The notes under the pieces are model-generated. The model did not search any database, was not told where the DNA came from, and saw only the letters and a program-made list of their open reading frames with translations. The position numbers and the translations under genes were made by a program. Positions 20,889-30,728 of a stretch of DNA of 64,000 bases are shown piece by piece (the first letter of the stretch is position 1; each line of letters starts with the position of its first letter). Location of the stretch: assembly GCA_000378885.1 (NCBI GenBank), contig KB900461.1:267765-331764 (forward strand). Direction: 5' to 3'. The stretch comes from an actinobacterium SCGC AAA044-N04. Its GTDB lineage: Bacteria > Actinomycetota > Actinomycetes > Nanopelagicales > Nanopelagicaceae.

Positions 20889-23800
20889 CATTTACAAACA
20901 TGGAGCGAGTAGCTAAATATTCACCGGAAGAGATAGTTGCAAAGCTTGGGCTCAAGCCTGTTACAACATATCAATCCGAAATTATTAGTAGTCCACTAGA
21001 GCCTTCAGTAGTAATTGCTGGTGCAGGTTCAGGTAAAACTGAAACGATGTCTAATCGTGTCTTGTATTTAGTTGCTAACGGCTTTGTCACACCTGATCAA
21101 ATCCTGGGGCTAACTTTTACACGCAAAGCTGCAGGAGAACTTTCTGTTCGTATTCGAAAGCGTTTGCGCCAATTAGCCGCACTTCCTGAGTTCAAACACA
21201 TCACTTCTACTTCTACATCTGTTACTACCTATCACTCTTATGCAGGCAAGCTACTAAGTGAGCATGCAATTCGCTATGGCATAGATGCAGATGCAGAGCC
21301 TTTAGGTGAGGCAGCAATTTGGCAGATTGCCTCTGATGTCGTGCGCAACTGGTCGGATGATTCTTATCGAAATCAAAGTGCGGTCAGTACTGTCATCAAA
21401 GATTTGTTGGGGCTATCTAAGTTAATGCTGGAGCATCAAGTAAAGGCTGAAGACATTGAACGAATCGGAAATGAAGTTCTATTGTCTCTACAACCTCTTA
21501 CTGGAAGTAGTAACGCTGAAGTGCGAGATGTTGCAAAAGCTATGCGTCAGAGAAACTCGCTGCTTCCTATGGTTGAAACCTTTATGCAGCGTCGCAAAGC
21601 CGCCGGAGAGTTCTCCTTTGATGATCAGATGTCACTAGCTGCAGATATTGCTCAGAACTTTCAAGATGTTGGTGTGTTAGAGCGCGGTAAGTACAAAGTT
21701 GTTTTGCTCGATGAGTATCAAGACACATCCCAATCACAGGTGCGAATGCTTTCATCTCTCTATGGGGGTGGGCATCCAGTAATGGCAGTGGGAGACCCAT
21801 CGCAAGCCATTTATACCTGGCGCGGAGCCTCTGCCGGCACCATGGCATCTTTTGCTACCTATTTCCCTAAGCACGTTGATCAAGTGGGCAAAGCTAAGTT
21901 CTCTCTTCCAACAACCTTTCGCAATGATGAAATGATTTTGTCGGTTGCTAACCGCATTAGTGGTGAAATTAAATTAGCGGGCGGGCAACAAGTTGTTGAA
22001 CTAGAAGCGCGACCAAAAGCTGGCAAGGGCGAAGTTGCCTACGGAATATTTGAAACTATTGATGCTGAAGCACAGGCAATTACGGAATATGTTCAAAAGA
22101 ACTGGGCCCCTTCAACTGGCAAGACATGCGCTGTGCTTGTGCGAAAGCGCAGTCAGATTACAGCGATAGATACAGCGTTGCATGAAGCTGGAATTGCAGT
22201 GGAAGTAATTGGAATCGGTGGATTAATTCACGTTCCAGAGGTGGCCGATGTTGTGACAATGTTAAAGATAATTACAGACCCCGATGCTGGTTCTGCGCTG
22301 ATGCGTCATTTAACTGGCCCACGAATTTATCTAGGACCGCGTGACATCGCAGCACTTGGCACATTCTCTAGAGATCGCGCCAAAGCCATGCATGCTGATT
22401 CAAAGACATTTATTAAAAAAATTGCCGCCGGCAACCCGGAACAGTTAGAGGCCGATGATCAATTTGCAGGATCAATCATCGATGCCTTAGATGAAATTGC
22501 AGATGCTAAGAAGTTTGGTTTTAGCGATATTGGATATCAACGCCTGATTCGATTTGCAAGTGATCTTCGTCGATTACGTTCACGCGCTGGTGGTCAGATT
22601 ACTGATCTGATTAGTGAGATCGAGAACTACTTAACTTTAGAAAGTGAAATAACTCTGCGCGATGGCAATCAATCTGGTCGCAGACACTTAGATCGCTTCC
22701 TTGATGAAGCAGCAAAGTTCGAGCGCACAGGTGGAACAGTCTCAGCCTTCCTCGTGTGGCTAGACATAGCTGCCGATGCTGAAGGCGGACTAAAGGCAGG
22801 AGCACCTGAAATTCGCAGTGATGTCGTGCAGATACTGACTATTCATATGGCAAAAGGTGCCGAGTGGGATGTCGTTGTTGTTCCCGGTTTGGCTGAAGGA
22901 ACATTTCCTGGTGGAAATACTGGTGATTCAGATAATTGGCTTAAGAATGAAAAGCATGTGCCATTTGAGCTGCGCGGGGATGCACATGAGCTTCCACGAT
23001 TTTCTCTAGATGGCATAACTAAAAACAGTGATGCGGCAAAGGCGATCAAAGCTTTTGGTAAGGATTGCACCAACAACATCAAGATGCGTGAAGAGATGCG
23101 CCTTGCCTACGTTGCTATTACACGTGCTAAATCACATCTGCTCTGCACAACATCATGGTGGCGAGATGGCACACAATCTGTAGCACCAAGTGAGATCTTC
23201 ACGATGATTGCAGCAGCGGCAAGCGGGTTAGGTGGCTTGTTAGTAAGTGATGTTGCAGCACCTGAAAATGGAGCAGAAAACCCAACGATTGAAAATCCAA
23301 TCTCTGCACAGTGGCCACGCGATCCATTAGGAAATCGTCGCCAAGCATTTGATGCTGCAATTGAATTAGTGAAATCTGCGCCCATTCATTCACTTCAAGA
23401 ATCTGGCTCGGATGAGATTAATTCATGGATGGGTGATGCTCAGGCATTGATAAATGAACAGCGTAAGGTGAAGGATCAAACTATTCGCGTTGCACTACCT
23501 CCACGTCTTTCAACTTCCACACTCGTTGCCTTGCATAAAGACCCACAGGAACTTGCACTCAATATTCGCCGCCCTATGCCGCGTGGGCAAGATCAATATT
23601 CACGTCGTGGCACTGCATTCCACTTATGGGTTGAGCGCCAATTCACTGATGCAGCAACGCTCTTTGGTGATGAGTACTTGGATTACTTAGATCCGCTAGA
23701 AGAAGATTCAAAGCTAGAAGATTTGAAGAAAGCCTGGCTTGGCAGTGAATATGCCAATCGCACACCGGCCCGCGTTGAAGTGCCATTTGAAACAACAATT

Positions 23801-24082
23801 GGTGGCATTTTGGTGCGTGGTCGCATCGATGCCGTCTATGCAACAGCTGATGGTTTTGAAGTAGTGGACTGGAAAACTGGATCAACGAAGTTGGATGCAT
23901 CAGCTGCCGTGCAGTTGGCGATGTATAGATTGGCCTGGGCAAAGCTTTCAGGCACAGATATCGCAAAGATCAGTGCAGCTTTTCACTATGTTCCTTCTTC
24001 TGTTACTGATCGCCCAGCAGACTTACTCGATGAAAGCGCCCTTATTGCATTAATTACAAATGCAAGTAAAGAATCGGCTTAA
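20885..24082 (+). CDS. adnB: AdnB helicase-nuclease subunit
   Basis: AGAGSGKT, DEYQD and YVAITRA motifs, then GRIDAV/VDWKTG/QLAMY nuclease domain; follows adnA. Confidence 0.9.
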   Translation: MTFTNMERVAKYSPEEIVAKLGLKPVTTYQSEIISSPLEPSVVIAGAGSGKTETMSNRVLYLVANGFVTPDQILGLTFTRKAAGELSVRIRKRLRQLAALPEFKHITSTSTSVTTYHSYAGKLLSEHAIRYGIDADAEPLGEAAIWQIASDVVRNWSDDSYRNQSAVSTVIKDLLGLSKLMLEHQVKAEDIERIGNEVLLSLQPLTGSSNAEVRDVAKAMRQRNSLLPMVETFMQRRKAAGEFSFDDQMSLAADIAQNFQDVGVLERGKYKVVLLDEYQDTSQSQVRMLSSLYGGGHPVMAVGDPSQAIYTWRGASAGTMASFATYFPKHVDQVGKAKFSLPTTFRNDEMILSVANRISGEIKLAGGQQVVELEARPKAGKGEVAYGIFETIDAEAQAITEYVQKNWAPSTGKTCAVLVRKRSQITAIDTALHEAGIAVEVIGIGGLIHVPEVADVVTMLKIITDPDAGSALMRHLTGPRIYLGPRDIAALGTFSRDRAKAMHADSKTFIKKIAAGNPEQLEADDQFAGSIIDALDEIADAKKFGFSDIGYQRLIRFASDLRRLRSRAGGQITDLISEIENYLTLESEITLRDGNQSGRRHLDRFLDEAAKFERTGGTVSAFLVWLDIAADAEGGLKAGAPEIRSDVVQILTIHMAKGAEWDVVVVPGLAEGTFPGGNTGDSDNWLKNEKHVPFELRGDAHELPRFSLDGITKNSDAAKAIKAFGKDCTNNIKMREEMRLAYVAITRAKSHLLCTTSWWRDGTQSVAPSEIFTMIAAAASGLGGLLVSDVAAPENGAENPTIENPISAQWPRDPLGNRRQAFDAAIELVKSAPIHSLQESGSDEINSWMGDAQALINEQRKVKDQTIRVALPPRLSTSTLVALHKDPQELALNIRRPMPRGQDQYSRRGTAFHLWVERQFTDAATLFGDEYLDYLDPLEEDSKLEDLKKAWLGSEYANRTPARVEVPFETTIGGILVRGRIDAVYATADGFEVVDWKTGSTKLDASAAVQLAMYRLAWAKLSGTDIAKISAAFHYVPSSVTDRPADLLDESALIALITNASKESA

Positions 24083-24882
24083 TCAACTTCAATCTGTAGC
24101 GGTAAGTGATCACTCATTCCTGAGTGCGGGTATTGAATGTGGCGCACATCTGCAGCCTTTAAGCCTTGCGATAGAAAATAATCAATCTGCACCTTTGGAT
24201 ACCAACTTGGAAATGTGCGCATAGCTGCCAGAGATCTCCACTTAAATCCGCGGGCAAAGATGGCAAAGGGAATATTGAGATCTCCCATGATTAGGATCTT
24301 AGATTTATCTGTTACGCCCAAAGTATTTGCCCAACGCTTAATCTTTATTAACTGAGCGAGCGAAAATCCCGGTACAAATGAAAGATGTGTATTAACAATG
24401 AGCCAGCCATTATCTAATTTGGCAGCAAGTGCACTTCGTGGATGGTCTCTAACGTAGACACGTTTTAACTTTCCATCAACAGGAAATGCCATCAAAACAC
24501 CAACGGGTGAACCCTTAAGATCTAAGCGGTGCCAGGAATCAACTGGGATCTTTGAAGCCATTCCAATTCCATACGATCCTGGTGCTACATCACTTTTATT
24601 TGTAATGAGTTTGTCATCACTCTCAGTTGGGTTTCGCCAATCTTCATCCGGTGAACCCATCAGCGATGGAGCAAAGGCCCAATCTTTTGCGCCCACAATT
24701 GATGCAACATCACCTGTTTGATTGTGATTTCCTGATCGCTCAAGGAAGTAATCGACTTCTTGCAGGCCTATGACATCAGTGGCTAGCTGGCTCAGGGCGG
24801 CAGAAAGCAAAGCCTGCGGATCAGTTTCTTCATCGGGGGGAATGGGCAGCCCGTGCAGCAGATTCCACGATGTTATGCGCAT
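24079..24882 (-). CDS. Endonuclease/exonuclease/phosphatase family protein
   Basis: SWNL, LQEVD, NTHL, GDLN, IDY and SDH motifs. Confidence 0.9.
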   Translation of the reverse strand: MRITSWNLLHGLPIPPDEETDPQALLSAALSQLATDVIGLQEVDYFLERSGNHNQTGDVASIVGAKDWAFAPSLMGSPDEDWRNPTESDDKLITNKSDVAPGSYGIGMASKIPVDSWHRLDLKGSPVGVLMAFPVDGKLKRVYVRDHPRSALAAKLDNGWLIVNTHLSFVPGFSLAQLIKIKRWANTLGVTDKSKILIMGDLNIPFAIFARGFKWRSLAAMRTFPSWYPKVQIDYFLSQGLKAADVRHIQYPHSGMSDHLPLQIEVD

Positions 24883-24909
24883 GGGGCGATGCTAGTAGCG
24901 TTCACCCCT
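24883..24909. promoter_or_regulatory. Bidirectional leaderless promoter (EEP gene/nudC)
   Basis: ATGCTA-G-TAGCGT back-to-back -10 boxes, 6 and 8 nt from ATGs at 24882 and 24910. Confidence 0.6.
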
Positions 24910-25857
24910 ATGAGCGCGCGCAATCAATCCTTATCCCCGATTAATCGCGCTAGCCACCTGCGCACAGATGCCAAGGCATTAGAAGATCTCTGGAAAAAGG
25001 CGATGATAGTTCAGATCATCGATGGGCGAATTAGTGCAACTGATGATGCTCTTGTTTTTTGCGATGCAGCCACAGTTTCTTCACAGTTGGATTCATTTAC
25101 AGAAGGTGATCGATTTTTCTTAGGCCTTGGCCGTGATGACAACACACCATATTTCGCATGGCGAACCTCGTGGCTCAATGAGTCTTTAAGTGAAGAAGAA
25201 AAGTATGAAGGTTTTGCAACTCTTCGCGAACTAGGAAGCAGTTTGGATGAAGTTGAAATTTCATTAGCTATGCATGCAGTTGGTCTTGCCAACTGGCATG
25301 CAACACATCCATGTTGTGCACGGTGTGGTGCTGCCACAGTAAGTGATTTAGGGGGATCAGTTCGCGTTTGCGTTCAAGATTCAACACAACATCACCCTCG
25401 CACAGATCCAGCAGTCATTGTCTTAGTGAAAGATTCAGCAGATCGAATCCTGTTAGGTCATCAACCTGTGTGGCCAGAAAAGCGTTTCTCAACTTTTGCT
25501 GGCTTTGTTGAACCCGGTGAATCTTTTGAAGAGTGTGTCTCTCGTGAAGTTTTTGAAGAGGCCGGGGTTTATTGCAACGACATTAATTATTTAAGTTCAC
25601 AGGCCTGGCCTTTCCCAGCATCAATCATGATTGCTTTTGAAGCCATTACTGATCACCCAGAAAATGCACGGCCAGATGGTGAAGAAATCACTGAAGTGCG
25701 CTGGCTGTCTCGAGATGAAATGAAAAGTGCTGTGGCAAGTAGTGACATTTTGTTGCCACCTTCGATTTCTGTTGCTCGCAAAATGATCACTGCTTGGTAT
25801 GTAGGCAAAGAAGGTTATGTTGTTAGCGATCTAACCGGTGGGGAATCCTGGCGTTAA
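24910..25857 (+). CDS. nudC: NAD(+)/NADH pyrophosphatase NudC
   Basis: Zn ribbon, PRTDPAVI, Nudix box GFVEPGESFEECVSREVFEEAG and SQAWPFP; start moved to ATG 24910. Confidence 0.93.
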   Translation: MSARNQSLSPINRASHLRTDAKALEDLWKKAMIVQIIDGRISATDDALVFCDAATVSSQLDSFTEGDRFFLGLGRDDNTPYFAWRTSWLNESLSEEEKYEGFATLRELGSSLDEVEISLAMHAVGLANWHATHPCCARCGAATVSDLGGSVRVCVQDSTQHHPRTDPAVIVLVKDSADRILLGHQPVWPEKRFSTFAGFVEPGESFEECVSREVFEEAGVYCNDINYLSSQAWPFPASIMIAFEAITDHPENARPDGEEITEVRWLSRDEMKSAVASSDILLPPSISVARKMITAWYVGKEGYVVSDLTGGESWR

Positions 25858-27530
25858 TGTCAGATCTTCGCGCAGAAGAGATCTTAGAATCTCTCGATAA
25901 CGAACAAAGAGCCGTTGCTCTTGCTACACGTGGTCCTGTGTGTGTTATTGCTGGTGCTGGAACTGGAAAAACTCGAGCAATCACTCACCGCATCGCATAT
26001 GCCGCAGCAATTAATGTGATGGATCCACACAAAGTATTAGCTCTTACCTTCACTGCCCGTGCTGCAGGAGAGATGCGCATGCGCCTTCGCTCCCTTGGCG
26101 TGCCATCGGTTGCTGCGCGCACTATTCACGCCGCTGCCCTTAAGCAGCTCACTTTCTTTTGGCCACAAGTATTTGGTGGTCGCACGCCAGATCTGATTAC
26201 TTCTAAGACTGCCTTCATCACCGAGGCAATCAAGCGCGCTGAGTTAACGGGGGAGTTATCGATTACTTCGCGCGATTTGATGCGAGATATCGCCTCTGAG
26301 ATTGAGTGGTCAAAGGTCAGTGAAGTTGCACCAGTTGATTACTTATCTGAGCTGGGAAAGCGCACGGTAAAGCCTCGAATTAATCCTGAACAAATGGCTA
26401 AGGTCTATACGGCCTATGAATCAGTGAAACACCAAGAGCGAGCAATGGATTTTGAAGATGTTTTGCTATTAACAACGGCCATGATTGAACAAGAGCGTGA
26501 CGTAAGAGAGCGCGTGCAGGATCAATACCGCTTTTTTACTGTGGATGAATACCAAGATATTTCACCTCTCCAACAGCGCCTGATAAATGCTTGGTTAGGC
26601 TCACGACAAGAGATCTGCGTTGTGGGTGATCCTGCACAAACGATTTATTCATTTGCTGGTGCGACTCCTGTTTTCCTCAATTCATTTACGCAGCGCTTCC
26701 CAGAGGCTGAAGTAGTTCGCCTGACAACTGGATATCGATCTACTCCTGAAATTACTTTTATGGCTAACTCTGTTTTGCGCAAAGCTCAGATGGGTCAAGA
26801 GTTAGTTGCCCTCAATGATCATGGCGATAAGCCATCGGTGGATGCATATAACGATGAGTCTTCTGAGATTGCCGGAATCATTAGCTCAATTACTCAGTTA
26901 ATTTCTCAAGGAACTACGCCGCAGGAAATAGCGGTCTTGGCCCGTACAAATAGCCAACTCAACGCAGTCGAACGTGCCATGAATGCAGCAAAAGTTCCAT
27001 ACCAAGTGCGCAACAGTGAAAGATTCTTTGATCGCTCAGATGTTCGTGAATTTCTTAAACTTGTTCGTAACGCCTCAGTTATTCCAATGGAAGGTGTTTC
27101 CTGGCTAGATGAGCTGCGCACACTTGCACAACCATTTTTAACTGGAGCGCACATTGATGGAATTGCAGCGCTATTGCACTTAGCTCGCGAACTTGATGCA
27201 GATAGTGGCTTCACACCAAAGAATCTGCGCACATATTTACGTGAACTAGAAGATCGTGTTCAGCAAAATAACCCACCAACAATGCCCGTAACAACCCTTG
27301 CTACATTGCATGCTGCAAAGGGTCTTGAATGGGAGCGCGTATTTTTAATGGGCGTGAGCGAAGGACTGCTTCCACTTGAAAATAACTCAACAACAGGTGA
27401 TCAAGCATCTATTGATGAAGAGCGCCGCTTGTTTTATGTTGGAATCACGCGGGCAAAAGTAGATCTACACATGAGCTATTCCAAGAAAGCCTCACGGTTC
27501 TTGGCAGAAGCTGGCCTTATCACCCCTTAA
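25857..27530 (+). CDS. uvrD2: ATP-dependent DNA helicase UvrD2-like (no C-terminal HRDC domain)
   Basis: AGAGTGKT, DEYQD, HAAKGLEW and YVGITRA motifs; nudC-uvrD2-whiB7 synteny. Confidence 0.85.
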   Translation: MSDLRAEEILESLDNEQRAVALATRGPVCVIAGAGTGKTRAITHRIAYAAAINVMDPHKVLALTFTARAAGEMRMRLRSLGVPSVAARTIHAAALKQLTFFWPQVFGGRTPDLITSKTAFITEAIKRAELTGELSITSRDLMRDIASEIEWSKVSEVAPVDYLSELGKRTVKPRINPEQMAKVYTAYESVKHQERAMDFEDVLLLTTAMIEQERDVRERVQDQYRFFTVDEYQDISPLQQRLINAWLGSRQEICVVGDPAQTIYSFAGATPVFLNSFTQRFPEAEVVRLTTGYRSTPEITFMANSVLRKAQMGQELVALNDHGDKPSVDAYNDESSEIAGIISSITQLISQGTTPQEIAVLARTNSQLNAVERAMNAAKVPYQVRNSERFFDRSDVREFLKLVRNASVIPMEGVSWLDELRTLAQPFLTGAHIDGIAALLHLARELDADSGFTPKNLRTYLRELEDRVQQNNPPTMPVTTLATLHAAKGLEWERVFLMGVSEGLLPLENNSTTGDQASIDEERRLFYVGITRAKVDLHMSYSKKASRFLAEAGLITP

Positions 27531-27550
27531 TTACCCGTGGGTATGCGGGA

Positions 27551-27590
27551 TTTAATTAACTTGCACGAGGTTGGCCCCATGCTTTACCCT
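27551..27590 (+). promoter_or_regulatory. WhiB7-type promoter
   Basis: AT-rich TTTAATTAAC immediately 5' of -35 TTGCAC, 18-nt spacer, -10 TACCCT. Confidence 0.65.
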
Positions 27591-27642
27591 TGCCTTTCAT
27601 CGTTTTCATGGCGGAAACGAAGTGAATAGACGGGAAGCGAAT

Positions 27643-27801
27643 ATGTCTAACAGCTCATTCGTTCCAGCAAACGCATTGCGTTCTGCTGTCATCCCTTCTG
27701 CTCATACAACCAATAAGCCTGCTGCTTGGCATACAACAAAGCCTGCGTTTTACGCAGCGTTTTATGCCGGATACGAGGCCACTGGTGGTTCTACTCGATA
27801 A
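27643..27801 (+). CDS. whiB7 leader peptide (uORF, 52 aa)
   Basis: MSNSSFVPANA...GGSTR* lies between the promoter and an intrinsic terminator upstream of whiB7. Confidence 0.65.
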   Translation: MSNSSFVPANALRSAVIPSAHTTNKPAAWHTTKPAFYAAFYAGYEATGGSTR

Positions 27802-27823
27802 CATCGAATAAGAACTAGAAGCC

Positions 27824-27863
27824 AAAGGCCTCGAATCCACAAGGATTCGGGCCATTTTTATTT
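27824..27863 (+). terminator. Attenuator terminator of the whiB7 leader
   Basis: GGCC(T)CGAATCC-ACAA-GGATTCGGGCC hairpin followed by ATTTTTATTT. Confidence 0.8.
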
Positions 27864-27906
27864 CCCCAACAAAAGAAACCACAGCAAGACCTAACAGAAA
27901 GAAGAG

Positions 27907-28266
27907 GTGAGAACTATGAGCGTTCTCTTCAGCGAACTACTAGTACCAGGCTGGGCAGATGAAAAGATTGGTTTAGATGCCGTTACAGGCACGTATTCCG
28001 ATGGTTCATCATTTAATTTGCCATGCCATACAGCAGATCCAGAACTCTTCTTCTCTGAAGCAGATCTTGCTATTGCAGAAGCCAAGTCCCTCTGCGGTGG
28101 ATGTCCTGTGCGCGCACAATGTCTTGAAGGTGCGTTATCACGACAAGAGCCTGCAGGGGTGTGGGGCGGAGAACTATTTGAAGATGGTCGAGTGATTGCA
28201 AAGAAGCGCAAAGCTGGTCGACCATCGTTGAGTGAAGTTGCTGCCCGCGAGGAAGAAGCGGCTTAA
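27907..28266 (+). CDS. whiB7: WhiB7/WblC transcriptional regulator
   Basis: C...CxxC..C Fe-S ligands, GVWGG turn and C-terminal AT-hook KKRKAGRP. Confidence 0.9.
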   Translation: MRTMSVLFSELLVPGWADEKIGLDAVTGTYSDGSSFNLPCHTADPELFFSEADLAIAEAKSLCGGCPVRAQCLEGALSRQEPAGVWGGELFEDGRVIAKKRKAGRPSLSEVAAREEEAA

Positions 28267-28278
28267 CTTTTGGTCGAG

Positions 28279-28305
28279 GACTTGGTGATTCATACTCACC
28301 AAGTC
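28279..28305 (+). terminator. Stem-loop after whiB7
   Basis: GACTTGGTGA-TTCATAC-TCACCAAGTC, 10-bp perfect stem, weak U-tract. Confidence 0.55.
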
Positions 28306-28519
28306 ATTGACTTCCGGTGAAGTATTTCTCAGGCACACTCAAGCTTGTAAGTGGGTGGTGAGGGATTTATCCGCTTCAACCTGGGTAATTCCCCGTTTTT
28401 TAGGTAAACGGGTCATAAAACTGAAATTACTGGCCTTCTAACCAAATTGCAACCCTTCCCGAGAGTTAAATAAAGGAACATAATTCCCCTCAAAGTCACA
28501 CGAGAACTGGGAGTATGCA

Positions 28520-28807
28520 ATGGCAACAAAGGAACAACGCGAGCTAGCAGAGATTTACTGCAGCCTCACAGATCTTCACGAGGCGTTGGATTTACTGCGA
28601 GATGGCTTAGTGAACCCAAAGCATTTGAAGTCGAAGGACTTCAAGGCTGTTAAAAATCTAAAGAAACCAAGCAAAGTTTCGAAATACATGAAGACCGATG
28701 AACAGGCTGAAAATGAAGAGCAATCAACATGGCTTTGGTTGAGTTGGCACATGTCTCGAATTGCTCAAGCAACACAAGAACTGCGACAACAAGTTGGCGG
28801 TTTCTGA
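28520..28807 (+). CDS. Hypothetical protein (95 aa, helical)
   Basis: RBS GGGAG 6 nt before the ATG; family not recognised. Confidence 0.65.
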   Translation: MATKEQRELAEIYCSLTDLHEALDLLRDGLVNPKHLKSKDFKAVKNLKKPSKVSKYMKTDEQAENEEQSTWLWLSWHMSRIAQATQELRQQVGGF

Positions 28808-28843
28808 GGCTTCTTAAGGGATTATTGATAACTTGTTAAGGAG

Positions 28844-30088
28844 TTATCCAGGAAGCTTTTCCGTCAAGAATTTTTCAAGGCCTTCAAGAAGAACATTTTG
28901 AATGGCCCCGAACTCTGCTTCATCGGCAATTTCTTTCGTGCTGATAATTATTTTGCGTTGATCAGGATCCGAGCCATCTATATTAAAAACTTGCTTATCC
29001 TTGAATTTAACATTTAGAAGCATAGTTAAGTGAATCGTTGCCCCAAAATGGTACGGACGGAATTTTTCAGGAAGTAGATATATGGAGTGAAAACCCTCGT
29101 TATCAACCGAGAATGTCAGTTTAACGCCTGAGTTGAAACTAACTGCTTTTTCCCGAATCACATCTGCAACCACTGGATGTTTATGCTCTTTAGCCAAGAT
29201 TGCACTAAATGCAATCTGATCAAGCTTGTGAGTAAGGAACTGATTCATTTTAGCCTCAAAATAACTGCTGGCAGACTCGCTTTCGAGAAGTTCAGAAAAA
29301 GCTGAAGACGTATAGGTTTCCCATTCTTTTTGGTAACTCGTGAAGAACCTTTCTAGTTCAGGCCGAGCCTTTTTGAACTCTTCAAAGCACCCAGTTAGCC
29401 AAGCTTGTAGGTTCTCATTCTTCATACCGATTGGTTTGTTAATGAGGTACTCAGACTTAGTGTTGTCCTTGCTCTGCTCTGCCGCTTCCAAGATTGCCTT
29501 TATGCGGGAGCTGCGAGTTGTTAGCGCAGTTTTTGCTTGGCGAGCTTTGGTAAGTGATTCATACAGAGCAGAAGCTAATGGCACAATATTGGCTCGGATT
29601 TTCCCCACAAGTTCTTTAATCTGATCATCAGTACTAACGATGTCGTTTGTACTTTCTTTGTGAACCTCCACAAATAATTCGAGCTTGTCGGCTAATTCGG
29701 GCAGTTTCATCTCAACACGCTTGAGACCGGAAACGCCAGTGGTCATAGCCGAATTTGCTATTTGCGTTACAAGCTCTTCTGCTTCAAGAAATTCCTGTTC
29801 AGCTGGATTGCTATCGTAAACTTCGGCGTCATCCCAGATGACGTCATATGGATCTGTAATCTCGCCTTTTTGGTATGCGATGATGTCTTCAATCTGGATA
29901 TCTTCCATATTTTTAACCAGCTCGTCGTCCATACCAATGAGAGCCTTCACTTGGACGCGGGCGCCAGCCAAGATTTGAGCTCGCATGGCCTCATCATCCA
30001 TTTTGAGATTAGCCCTGATATGGCGGATCGCGGCAGCACCGGTAACCCCAGGAGTTAGCAGAAACTCCGGCTTCTTCTTTTGGGCCAC
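28844..30088 (-). CDS. Hypothetical protein (414 aa, largely helical/coiled-coil)
   Basis: Long ORF with GGAAGG RBS before the GTG; no motif recognised. Confidence 0.8.
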   Translation of the reverse strand: MAQKKKPEFLLTPGVTGAAAIRHIRANLKMDDEAMRAQILAGARVQVKALIGMDDELVKNMEDIQIEDIIAYQKGEITDPYDVIWDDAEVYDSNPAEQEFLEAEELVTQIANSAMTTGVSGLKRVEMKLPELADKLELFVEVHKESTNDIVSTDDQIKELVGKIRANIVPLASALYESLTKARQAKTALTTRSSRIKAILEAAEQSKDNTKSEYLINKPIGMKNENLQAWLTGCFEEFKKARPELERFFTSYQKEWETYTSSAFSELLESESASSYFEAKMNQFLTHKLDQIAFSAILAKEHKHPVVADVIREKAVSFNSGVKLTFSVDNEGFHSIYLLPEKFRPYHFGATIHLTMLLNVKFKDKQVFNIDGSDPDQRKIIISTKEIADEAEFGAIQNVLLEGLEKFLTEKLPG

Positions 30089-30139
30089 AGAGGTCCTTCC
30101 CTTAACGTCTTTAGAGGTTTAAACGGGGGTTCCCGCCTC

Positions 30140-30306
30140 ATTTCGTATCAACGCCAAAAGGTAGCAATCTATTCCAAAAATTGCAATACGAGACGGTATC
30201 TGCTTATTTTGACCCAGCGCTCGGGAATAACTGAGCGTAGTCGAAGGTTACAGACCTTGAAATGATTTCGTATCTGGTATCTCTTTAGATATACGATATG
30301 GTATCT
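30140..30306. repeat. Repeated operator/iteron-like motifs in a divergent intergenic region
   Basis: ATTTCGTATC at 30140 and 30265; ATACGAnAnGGTATCT at 30186 and 30291; an extra GGTATCT at 30276. Confidence 0.65.
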
Positions 30307-30368
30307 TTTACTTACTGGCAGACACCTCGTCTGTCACTGAAAGTAACTGACCTTTAAGGAGGCCGCTG

Positions 30369-30728
30369 ATGTCAAAGAAAATCAATGGTTTTAGCGATGT
30401 TTTCGCTTCACAACCAGCAGGGGTGCTAAGCCTTTGCCGCATTAAAGAAAGTGATCTAGAGATGGACCACCCTTCAACCCGCACCAAGAATCGCCAGACA
30501 GCCCCAGTCAAGAAGTACAACAAAGTCTGTGCCCGCACACGCTTTCGCACTGCCCGCCAAGCTCGTGAAGCCTTGTGGGGGGCTTTTGCTGGATTAGACG
30601 GCCAGGCCGGCGATGCCCTGAATGGCACACATGTTGGCAACCTAGTTGTCTGCTGCGATGTCTGCCGTGGCTACCACCTATTAAGCCCATCAGAGTGGCT
30701 TGGAATCGAGGTGGCCCTTGCTGCCTAG
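30369..30728 (+). CDS. Hypothetical protein with C...CxxC..YH Zn-finger-like C-terminus
   Basis: Strong RBS AAGGAGG; CARTRFRTARQAREAL...CCDVCRGYHL resembles small phage-type Zn proteins. Confidence 0.65.
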   Translation: MSKKINGFSDVFASQPAGVLSLCRIKESDLEMDHPSTRTKNRQTAPVKKYNKVCARTRFRTARQAREALWGAFAGLDGQAGDALNGTHVGNLVVCCDVCRGYHLLSPSEWLGIEVALAA

